Positions 46,072 to 53,807 of a stretch of DNA of 61,920 nt are shown here, piece by piece. Made by a program: the position numbers and the translations under genes. The first letter of the stretch is position 1, and every line of letters starts with the position of its first letter. Below the pieces are notes generated by a model. It was given only the letters and a program-made list of their open reading frames with translations. It was not told the origin of the DNA and did no database searches. Origin of the DNA: an uncultured Pseudomonadota bacterium (GTDB lineage: Bacteria; Myxococcota_A; UBA796; SXON01); assembly GCA_903959175.1 (NCBI GenBank), contig CAJBVW010000147.1, positions 1 through 61,920 of the forward strand, given 5' to 3'.

Positions 46072-47490
46072 ATGAACACCGGCCGAAAGATCGCCGACGC
46101 TCAACTCGCCCTGGCGCGCGCCCGCCGGCCGTCGGTCCCGCTGCTCGACCGCCTGCTCCTGGCGACCACGCCCGAGGAGGTCGCCGCGACCGTCACCGCC
46201 GCGCGCCCCTACATCCTCGAGGACCTCTTCGACGCCCCCGGCCCCGCGCCCGCGCAGCTGCGCGCGACGCACGCCGCCGAGCTCGGGATCTCCAAGAGCG
46301 ACCTCGCCTACCGCGCGCTCCACCCCGGCCTCGACGTCGGTATCTACGCGTGCTCGCACTCGATGGGCATCCCCTCCGTCGCGGGCCCGGCCGCCGTGAT
46401 GGACCAGCTCGCTCAGCTCGAGAGCTCCGGCATCGGCGTCTGGGACGACGGCACCTGGCCCGCCGTGATGGACCAGTTCCGCGAGCGCTGCGCCCAGCTC
46501 GTCGGCGGCCGGCTCAGCGAGGGCGACGTGACGTGGTTCCCGAACGTCTCCGAGGCCCTCTGCGCCGTGCTGGAGGGCTTCTCCGGCGGCACGATTGTTT
46601 ACACGTCCGGGCACTTCACCACCGGCCACTACGTCCACCACCAGTGGGCGCAGAACACCGGCGGCAAGCTCTGCGAAGTCGCGCTCGACCCCGACGGCTC
46701 CATGCCGACCGCGCGCCTCATCGATGCCATCACGCCCGACACCCGCGTGCTCTCCATCTCGCACGCCCTCTTCGAGTCCGGCTGGCTCCAGGATCTGCCC
46801 GCGCTCGCAGCGGCCCTGCGCGAGAAGGCGCCCGACGCGCTCCTCCTCCTCGACGCCTACCAGACCGCGGGCAGCGTCCCCATCGAGGCCGCCGCCCTCG
46901 GAGACCACGTCGCCGTCACCGCCGGCGGGCACAAGCAACTCCGCAGCTCTGCGGGCGCCGCGTTCCTCTACCTGCCGAACCGCTGGCTCCGCACGCTCAC
47001 CCCGAAGCGCACCGGCTGGTGGAACCACGCCGACCCCTTCGCGTTCGAGAAGGGCGCCGTCCGACGCGCCACCGACGGCTCGCGCTTCCGCACGGGCACC
47101 CCCACGCTCGCCGGCATGGCGATGCTCCTCGGCGAGCTCGCGGCCCTCGCCTCTTCCACGCAGGGCTCCCTCCACGACGCCGTCGGGCGCTCCCGCCGCG
47201 TCACCTCGGCCCTGGTCGGCCGAGTCATCGAGCGCGCCCGCGAGAAGGGCCTGGAGGTCCGCGGCGCCTGGAGCCCCGAGCGCCGCGCCGCGTTCGTGTG
47301 CCTCGTCGTCTCGGACGGCGCGCACCTGAACGAGGAGCTCGCGCGCCACGGCATGCGGGTGGACTTCCGCCCGCTCGCGGCCGGCAGCACGGACGGGTAC
47401 ATCCGCGTCGGCACGAACAGCGCCGGCTTCGCCTACGAGATGGACGCCGTGGTCGACGCTATCGCCGCGCATCGTCCCGCCCGGGCGTGA
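46072..47490 (+). CDS. Class-V-fold PLP-dependent enzyme, kynureninase-like
   Basis: LLLDAYQTAGSVPI, VTAGGHKQLRSSAGAAFLY (candidate PLP Lys), TGWWNHADPFAF and RFRTGTPTL follow the recalled order of kynureninase blocks. Confidence 0.6.
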   Translation: MNTGRKIADAQLALARARRPSVPLLDRLLLATTPEEVAATVTAARPYILEDLFDAPGPAPAQLRATHAAELGISKSDLAYRALHPGLDVGIYACSHSMGIPSVAGPAAVMDQLAQLESSGIGVWDDGTWPAVMDQFRERCAQLVGGRLSEGDVTWFPNVSEALCAVLEGFSGGTIVYTSGHFTTGHYVHHQWAQNTGGKLCEVALDPDGSMPTARLIDAITPDTRVLSISHALFESGWLQDLPALAAALREKAPDALLLLDAYQTAGSVPIEAAALGDHVAVTAGGHKQLRSSAGAAFLYLPNRWLRTLTPKRTGWWNHADPFAFEKGAVRRATDGSRFRTGTPTLAGMAMLLGELAALASSTQGSLHDAVGRSRRVTSALVGRVIERAREKGLEVRGAWSPERRAAFVCLVVSDGAHLNEELARHGMRVDFRPLAAGSTDGYIRVGTNSAGFAYEMDAVVDAIAAHRPARA

Positions 47491-47773
47491 TCGGGAGCCA
47501 GAGCGTCACGCGCCAGCGCGCCTCGGCGCGGTCGTGCACGAGCAGGACCAGCCGGCCCTCCGCCATCGCCGTGAGCAGGATCGGCTCCGGCCGAGGGCGC
47601 TCCCAGCGCGCGGCGACGTAGGCGTCTCCCGCGTCGTCGACGATCCACCAGCAGGTCGTGGCGGCGTCCCGCGCGAGCATGTGTGCCGCCCCGTCGGGCG
47701 TGAACGTCAAGGCCTCGCCGGCGGGGCCGGGGCACGGGGCAGCGAGGGCGGCGGGCAGGAGGGCGAGTAGCAA
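47459..47773 (-). CDS. Small secreted hypothetical protein
   Basis: TTG start with an upstream ggag. Signal-like MLLALLPAALAAPC. Its 3' end overlaps the convergent PLP-enzyme gene by 32 nt, which lowers confidence. Confidence 0.35.
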   Translation of the reverse strand: MLLALLPAALAAPCPGPAGEALTFTPDGAAHMLARDAATTCWWIVDDAGDAYVAARWERPRPEPILLTAMAEGRLVLLVHDRAEARWRVTLWLPITPGRDDARR

Positions 47774-47848
47774 CGGAGGCTCCAGGTGGATGCCTCCCCT
47801 CTTGCAAGGGGCCCGCCGTCGGTCGAACCTCGCTTCTTCCGCGCGGCC

Positions 47849-47900
47849 CCGTCGGACGTCCGTCAGGGGGTGACGGAGGTCCGTCGGACGTCCGTCAGGG
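47849..47900. repeat. Two exact copies of a 20-bp element ccgtcggacgtccgtcaggg, each with the 10-bp palindrome cggacgtccg
   Basis: Copies at 47849-47868 and 47881-47900, so the period is 32 bp. The spacer gives a 7-bp inverted match with the first copy (tccgtca/tgacgga). Intergenic. Confidence 0.9.
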
Positions 47901-47908
47901 CGGGGCCG

Positions 47909-48442
47909 TCAAGTGCGGTTGAAGAACTCGTCTTCGGGGTAGCCGCGGGCCGACGGCACCTCGCCGCGGGGAGAGGCCTCCGAGCGCGTCGGGTCGGGGG
48001 CGGCGGCGGGCGCCACCACGCGCGGTTCGGGACGCGAGAGCGCGCGGGGCTTGGCGTCGTCCGCCTTCGGGGCGGCGCGCGTGGCGACCGGCGGCGGCGG
48101 CACGACGGGCGGCGGCGGCACGACGACGGGCTCGTCCACCACGACCACCTCTTCCTCCTCCTCCGCGGCGGCGGCGGGCGCGGCGGCGGCGAGCGCGGTG
48201 CCGGCGGATGGCGCGGCGACGGGCTCGGAGGACACCGGCGTGAGCGCCCACTCGGCTTCGAGCACGCGGATCGCGCTGAACGCGGTGACGGCCTCGAGGC
48301 CGACCTCGGTGGTGAGCTTCCGCGCGGCCTGGTACCCAGTGATCGTCACCGTGGGCGCGCCGCACGTCGGGCACGTCCGGTTCTGGATGGCGAAGGTGAA
48401 GGCCGCCGGGACGCGGTGGCCGTAGAGGCAACGATGATCCAT
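47909..48442 (-). CDS. Zinc-ribbon-like protein with a Pro/Ala/Glu-rich tail
   Basis: MDHRCLYGH...CPTCG at the N-terminus, then an acidic stretch (EEEEEVVVVDE) and PPPPVVPPPP. The start lies 7 nt after the upstream stop, and the SD gaggaa overlaps that stop. Confidence 0.55.
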   Translation of the reverse strand: MDHRCLYGHRVPAAFTFAIQNRTCPTCGAPTVTITGYQAARKLTTEVGLEAVTAFSAIRVLEAEWALTPVSSEPVAAPSAGTALAAAAPAAAAEEEEEVVVVDEPVVVPPPPVVPPPPVATRAAPKADDAKPRALSRPEPRVVAPAAAPDPTRSEASPRGEVPSARGYPEDEFFNRT

Positions 48443-48449
48443 GGGTTCC

Positions 48450-50945
48450 TCAGTTGACCGACAGGTCGCCGTTGACGTTCACGTAGCCGGAATCGGGGCC
48501 GTCGAGCGCGATGGAGTCGACCGAGAGGCCGAAGCCCTCGATGTCGGGGATGGGGATCTCGCCAAGGCCGGCGGTGAGCGAGGGCAGCAGCATCGGCACG
48601 AGCGCGCCGAGCAGCGACTCGGCGTCCGCGCTCGCCTCAGTGCCAGCGGAGGGCAGGACCACGTCGAACCAGATGTCCATGTCGCCGAGGGCGGGGACGA
48701 GCATGCCGTCCGCGCTCACGTCGAGATCGAGGCCCGCCACGACGGAGACGTAGAGCTGGAACACCTCGTTCCCGGGCTCGGGGGGGCCGTCGTAGAGGGT
48801 GAGCGCGAGGTCCCCGATCTGGAGATCGAGGAGCGCGGTGCCGGTCCCGGGGACGAGCACGGGCGGGAGCAGCGCCTCCGTCTGGATCGAGAGGCTCTCG
48901 AAGGGCAGGAACGTAGAGAGGGAGCCGAGATCGAGGCCGAGGTCCGCCTCGCCGAGAGTGCGGTCGAGCACGCCGCCGCCCCAGAACGCGTAGAGCGCCT
49001 GGTTCAGGAAGTCGAGCCCGAGCGAGACCTGCATCCCGGGGGTACCCGAGGCGTAGACCGGCAGCGAGTAGTCCGCGTACAAGCTACCAGGGCCCTCGGT
49101 CACATGGTCCCAGGTGTCGACGGTGAAGGAGGTCGCGAGGCCGAGGGTCATGCCCTGGTCGTCCACGCTGGCGTACGAGGGCTCGGCCGCGAACGAGTAG
49201 GTGTTCCCGTCGAGGTCGAGGTCGGTGGCGATCTCGAGGTCGCCGACGGCGTCCGCGACGATGGACGGCACCTCGTCGGAGATGACGCCCTCGATGGCGT
49301 CCTCCATGTACGACTGGATGAGCCCGGAGAGATCCACCCCGAAGAAGCTCATGACGTCGTAGACCCACGAGTCCCAGTCGAAGGTGAAGCCCGCGCTCGT
49401 CACGTCCACCGCGAGGACGTTCACGCCCAGCACGCCGCCGGTTACGTACGGTTGCAGATCCATGTCGATGGTGATGGAGTCGGCGTAGATCTCGCCGTCT
49501 CCGCCGTAGCCGATCCCAATCACGGTGCCGTCCGCCCCCCAGTCGAGCGAGGGGTCGTACACGGTGAACGTCGCGTTGATCCACCCGCCGGCGTCCGGGT
49601 CGAGCGCGAAGCTGGTCGCGCCGATGTACGGGTTCGTGATGTAGAGCGCGATCGAGTACCAGGTGATGCAGATCTCGTCGAAGTAGAGGTCGATGCAGCT
49701 CTCGGACGAGGTGGAGAAGGCCGGGCTGGGGAGGAGGCTGGAGAGGTCCGTCCCGCCGATGAGGCCCTCGCCGAGCGCCTCGAGGGCGTCGAAGCCGCCC
49801 TGGTTGATGCGGGCGGCGATGCCCTCGCCGACGGCGTCTCCGTAGGGCTGGAAGGCGCCGGCGAGCACCGCGCGGGTGTCGGTGGTGGCGTTGCCGTCGC
49901 CGTCGACCGCGGCGGACTCGAGGATGTTCAGGCCGAAGTCGTTGGACACCGAGGCGCTGAAGGAGCCGTCGCCCCCGACGGTGACGGGATCGCCGCCGAT
50001 CGTGAGGGAGACGACGCCGCTGTAGTCGTCGCTCACGCTGCCGGAGACGGTGGTGGCGACGTCCGTCGAGAAGGTGCCGCGCTCGGGGGTGTCGATGTCG
50101 AGCACGGGGCCGGTCGAGTCGATGAGGAGGGGCCCGACGCTGTCCTCAAGCGCGCCGTAGCGCGCCCAGACCGTGAAGTATCCCTCCGAGTAGAACGTCA
50201 CGTTTCGGCCGGAGATCGTCGTGTCGCCCAAACCATCGACGGAGAGCTCCCACGGCACGTCGACGCGGTTCCCGTACACGTCGTACGCGACGGCGGAGGC
50301 GGAGGTGGTCTCGTAGAGCTCCACGTCCGTGTCGGAGAGGGTGAGCGAGAGCTCGACGGGCTCGCCGGGGACGACGCGGAAGGTCTCGCTGTCGGCCTGG
50401 TCGGCGAGCGACGCCGTGAGCGTGTAGACGCCGGGCACGGTGGAGACGACGTTCGGCGCGACCACGGCCACGTCGAGGGAGTCCGCCGCGACGACCGCGC
50501 CGTCGAGCGGGTTTCCGTAGGCGTCCGTCGCGGTGACCGTGAACCCGAGGGTCTCTCCGGCGGCGGCCTGGCTGGCGGCGAGCACGAGGTCGACCGACGC
50601 GGGCGGGCCCGCGAGCACGTCGAGGGGGACGGTGGCGGTGTAGGGGCCCCCGGCGGCCTCGCCCACCGCGGTGACGAGGTGCCGGCCGGCGACGTAGGGC
50701 GTGAGCGTGGCGCTGTCCTGGACGAGCACGGGCTCGAGGTCGGACGACAGCGTCACGTCCACCTCGAGCGCGGCGCCGAGCGGCGAGACGAGACTGGCGG
50801 TCCACGCGGTCGGCAGGCCCGCGACGACCGGGCTCTCCAGTTCGAACACGAAGGAGGGCCCGTCCGCGGGCTTCTCCTCCTCCACGAGGTCACGCCGGCA
50901 ACCGGCGATCACCAGCAGCGTGATCCAGGGAAGACGCACGGACAC
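48450..50945 (-). CDS. Very large lipoprotein: N-terminal Ig-like (Big) repeats plus an unassigned C-terminal domain of about 430 aa
   Basis: GTG 50945 with ggag 5 nt upstream gives MSVRLPWITLLVIAGC (lipobox); the track start at 51017 is the alternative. Repeats of the type LGFTVTATDAYGNPLDGAVV and AVAYDVYGNRVDVPWELSV. Strong GC3 throughout. Confidence 0.7.
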   Translation of the reverse strand: MSVRLPWITLLVIAGCRRDLVEEEKPADGPSFVFELESPVVAGLPTAWTASLVSPLGAALEVDVTLSSDLEPVLVQDSATLTPYVAGRHLVTAVGEAAGGPYTATVPLDVLAGPPASVDLVLAASQAAAGETLGFTVTATDAYGNPLDGAVVAADSLDVAVVAPNVVSTVPGVYTLTASLADQADSETFRVVPGEPVELSLTLSDTDVELYETTSASAVAYDVYGNRVDVPWELSVDGLGDTTISGRNVTFYSEGYFTVWARYGALEDSVGPLLIDSTGPVLDIDTPERGTFSTDVATTVSGSVSDDYSGVVSLTIGGDPVTVGGDGSFSASVSNDFGLNILESAAVDGDGNATTDTRAVLAGAFQPYGDAVGEGIAARINQGGFDALEALGEGLIGGTDLSSLLPSPAFSTSSESCIDLYFDEICITWYSIALYITNPYIGATSFALDPDAGGWINATFTVYDPSLDWGADGTVIGIGYGGDGEIYADSITIDMDLQPYVTGGVLGVNVLAVDVTSAGFTFDWDSWVYDVMSFFGVDLSGLIQSYMEDAIEGVISDEVPSIVADAVGDLEIATDLDLDGNTYSFAAEPSYASVDDQGMTLGLATSFTVDTWDHVTEGPGSLYADYSLPVYASGTPGMQVSLGLDFLNQALYAFWGGGVLDRTLGEADLGLDLGSLSTFLPFESLSIQTEALLPPVLVPGTGTALLDLQIGDLALTLYDGPPEPGNEVFQLYVSVVAGLDLDVSADGMLVPALGDMDIWFDVVLPSAGTEASADAESLLGALVPMLLPSLTAGLGEIPIPDIEGFGLSVDSIALDGPDSGYVNVNGDLSVN

Positions 50946-51041
50946 CTCGACTCCGCGAGTGTGCCCGAGGAAGGGCCTCGTGTAAACGCCCCTGGAGGCC
51001 GGAAAGGCGCGATGCACGCCGGCATCACGCGGCCGAGGCCG

Positions 51042-51395
51042 TCAATCCCCGTCCCGCACCTTCCCGCGCCCTTCCTTGACCTGGGCGCGGTTCCGCTTGC
51101 CCTCGTGGCGCCGCTCGCGGGACCCTCGGGTCGGCCGGGTGGGGCGACGCTTCGGCGGGGGCGGCGCGCGCAGGATACCCAGCTTCTCCCGGAGACGATC
51201 GAGCGCGACGCCGATGTTCTGCGTGCGGCTCCGGCGCTCGGACGCCTGCACCGTGATGCCCGTCGGGCGGTGGAACAGGCGCACGCCGGTCTCGGTCTTG
51301 TTGCGGTGCTGGCCGCCGGGGCCCGAGCCGCGGAAGGCCTCGAGATCGCAGGCGTCGAGCAGGACGTCGTCGTCCTCGGGGACGAGGTTCGTCAC
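51042..51395 (-). CDS. arfB: ArfB-like peptidyl-tRNA hydrolase / ribosome-rescue factor (GGQ domain plus basic tail)
   Basis: FRGSGPGGQHRNKTETGVRLFH, then a basic tail KRRPTRPTRGSRERRHEGKRNRAQVK. The GTG start overlaps the upstream stop (GTGA). Confidence 0.8.
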   Translation of the reverse strand: MTNLVPEDDDVLLDACDLEAFRGSGPGGQHRNKTETGVRLFHRPTGITVQASERRSRTQNIGVALDRLREKLGILRAPPPPKRRPTRPTRGSRERRHEGKRNRAQVKEGRGKVRDGD

Positions 51396-52621
51396 GGGGA
51401 CTCCGGGGCGGAGGGCGGCGGCGACGGGGCCACGGGGACGGCGGGCGTCGGGAGCGCAGGGAGCTCGGAGGGGTCCTTGCCGAGGGCCACCAGCTGCCCC
51501 GCGATCCAGGCGTGGACGGCCTCGAGGCCGATCGGGCCCGGCGCGAGCTGGGGGAGCGGGTCGAAGGCCACGGGGAGGAAGGCATCCTCTACTGCGCCGA
51601 GCTTCCCGCGGGCGTCGGCGAGGTAGCGGTCGCGGTCGCGCGCGCGCAGCACGTCGACCTTGTTCACGAGCGCGAGCACGGGCTTTCCCGTCGCGACACA
51701 GCGTTGGTAGTCCGCGAGCTCACGGGCCTGCACGCCGCCCTCGGCGTTGACGATGTAGAGGTAGAGGTCGATGTGGTCGAGGACCTGCCGGGCCTCCTCC
51801 GTCACGCTCTCCATCACGTCGCCCAGGCCGGGCGTGTTCACGATGAAGAGGGCGGTCGCGCCGGGGAGGCGCTGGATCGCGACCTCCTTCGTCGAGCCCG
51901 CGATCGGCGAGATGTTCCCGGTGTCGATGCCGAAGAGAGCCTTGATCCCGGCGTCCTTCCCGGTGGAGGGGCTGCCGACCACGCCGATGGTGACGCGGTG
52001 GAGCACGCGCTGCCGGATGCGCGCGACCTCGAGCATCACGGCACCGACCTGCTCCGGCGACGGGCGGAGCGCGCGCCACGCGAAGTAGGGCACGAAGAGC
52101 GGCAGCACGGGGCGGGCGAGGCAGCCGAGCGGCGTGAGGAAGAGGGAGCCGACGGCGAGCCAGCCGATCGGACGGATGACGTACGTCAGCCCCGTGACGG
52201 CGTAGTCGAAGGCGCGGCCGAGGCGCTCCCGCGCGACGCCCGCCGCCTCCGCCGCGGCCTCCGGGGGGGCGTCCTCGAGGCCGAGGTCCTTCCAGACGCG
52301 CTCGCGCTCCTCCGGGGTGGCCTTCTCCCATCGGGACGCAAACCAGCTCCGCGCCAGCGCGAGCTCCGTTTCCTCAGGCTCTCCGGGGGTGATTCCTCGC
52401 TCGCGAGCGGCGTCCGCGAGGACGAGCTCGTAGGGGCGCCCGTGCCCGCCGCGGGCGACGTTCCCGATGCCGTGGCTCCCGATGCGGCGCACCTGCCCCG
52501 CGAGGATGCGTGCGAGGTCGCCGAGGCCGAGGCCGTCGGGGTTCACGCGCAGGAGCTGGGCGAGGGAGAGGAGCTCCGCGCGGTGCGCGCGGTGGAGCAT
52601 CCGCTCGAGCGGATCGTTCAC
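51392..52621 (-). CDS. Membrane-associated GTPase (N-terminal helical domain, 2 TM helices, C-terminal GTPase)
   Basis: G1 GSPSTGKD, G3 NTPG, G4 NKVD. Hydrophobic hairpin IRPIGWLAVGSLFLTPLGCLARPVLPLFVPYFAW. It is a paralog of the upstream GTPase. The GTG start overlaps that gene's stop (GTGA). Confidence 0.7.
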   Translation of the reverse strand: MNDPLERMLHRAHRAELLSLAQLLRVNPDGLGLGDLARILAGQVRRIGSHGIGNVARGGHGRPYELVLADAARERGITPGEPEETELALARSWFASRWEKATPEERERVWKDLGLEDAPPEAAAEAAGVARERLGRAFDYAVTGLTYVIRPIGWLAVGSLFLTPLGCLARPVLPLFVPYFAWRALRPSPEQVGAVMLEVARIRQRVLHRVTIGVVGSPSTGKDAGIKALFGIDTGNISPIAGSTKEVAIQRLPGATALFIVNTPGLGDVMESVTEEARQVLDHIDLYLYIVNAEGGVQARELADYQRCVATGKPVLALVNKVDVLRARDRDRYLADARGKLGAVEDAFLPVAFDPLPQLAPGPIGLEAVHAWIAGQLVALGKDPSELPALPTPAVPVAPSPPPSAPESP

Positions 52622-53745
52622 GCGCCCTCGGTGTGCTTCTTGTAGTCCCAGGCGGCGGCGTCGAAGACGCCGCGGAGGGTCTCCACGTCGATCGTGCGGT
52701 CGGACTGGAAGAACTTCACGGCCGCCCGGCCGATGCCGTAGGTCGTCCCGCCGGCGACCATCGCGGAGAGGCCGAGGATCGCGGCCTCCGCGATCTGTCC
52801 GCCGGGGATCCAGCCCGCGGCCTTGAGGCCGTTGACGCCCCAGCGCAGGAAGCCGCGCATGCTGCCCGAGAGGACCTCACCGATGATGAAGAGCGCGACG
52901 TCGCGGTCGATGGGGGCCTCGAACACCTCGGCGATGTCGCGGATGAGCTTGACCTGGATCGCGGTCACCGCGGCGAGGTCGGCCCCGGGGATGGGCACCG
53001 CGCCCACCACCGACGCGTTGCGTGCCGCGGCGCGGAGGATCGGCTCGCAGGCCACCGCCTTGTTGCGGAGGTGCTTGGCGAACAGGAGCTCCTTGCCGGA
53101 GGCGTGGAGCTGCTCGTGGATCCAGGTGATCACGCCCTCGACGCCGATGGGCTCCTCGGAGAGCTGCGGCAGCGGGTCGAACGCGCAGACGACGGCGTCC
53201 TTGCGGTCCACCCCGAGCTGGGCGAGCGTGGCGGCCACGAAGGTCTCGCGCTGGTGCGGGCGGATGAGGTCGATCTTGTTGATGGCGACCAGCACCGGGC
53301 GGCCCTTGGACCGCACGAGGTCGAGGTCCTTCTTCTCGTCGATGGTCGCGCCGCCCTCGGCGTTGACGACGTAGACGACGATGTCGAGGGTGTCGAGCGC
53401 GCGGCGGGAGAGCTCGTCCACGTCGGGGCGCACGTCCCCGAAGCCCGGCGCGTTCACGAGGAGGACCTGCCCGTCGGCGTCGAGCGGCGCGACGCGCAGA
53501 CGCACGGTCGAGCCGGGGATCGGGCTGATGTCGCCGAAGTCGATGCCGAAGAGGGTGCGGATCGCCGAGTCCTTGCCCGACGACGCCGAGCCGAGGAAGG
53601 CGACCGTCAGGTGCTTCGAGAGCGCCTCGCGGAGCGCGGTCTCGCTCTGTTGCCACGCGGCTACGCCGTGGGCGCGTACCGAGGCGCGCACGTCGTTCTG
53701 GACCGCGAGCCCCTGATCGTCACGTTCGTTGCGGGAGTCTGGCAC
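52618..53745 (-). CDS. GTPase fused to a C-terminal DUF697-like membrane-associated domain
   Basis: G1 GSASSGKD, G3 NAPG, G4 NKID. C-terminal GAVPIPGADLAAVTAIQVKLIRDIAEVF...GLSAMVAGGTTYGIGRAAVKFF resembles DUF697/YcjF-type domains, as recalled. GTG 53745 with ggagg upstream. Confidence 0.7.
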   Translation of the reverse strand: MPDSRNERDDQGLAVQNDVRASVRAHGVAAWQQSETALREALSKHLTVAFLGSASSGKDSAIRTLFGIDFGDISPIPGSTVRLRVAPLDADGQVLLVNAPGFGDVRPDVDELSRRALDTLDIVVYVVNAEGGATIDEKKDLDLVRSKGRPVLVAINKIDLIRPHQRETFVAATLAQLGVDRKDAVVCAFDPLPQLSEEPIGVEGVITWIHEQLHASGKELLFAKHLRNKAVACEPILRAAARNASVVGAVPIPGADLAAVTAIQVKLIRDIAEVFEAPIDRDVALFIIGEVLSGSMRGFLRWGVNGLKAAGWIPGGQIAEAAILGLSAMVAGGTTYGIGRAAVKFFQSDRTIDVETLRGVFDAAAWDYKKHTEGA

Positions 53746-53807
53746 ATCGCCTCCGCCACTCCCCTAACCAGGAATGCGGCGACTCCGCGGGCGGGCGGCG
53801 CCGGGCG

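Noticed and set aside
47786-48457. A plus-strand 223-aa ORF covering the intergenic repeat and the zinc-ribbon gene.
   Set aside because: The translation is Gly/Arg-rich, lies antisense to a gene with an SD-coupled start, and runs through the non-coding duplicated element.
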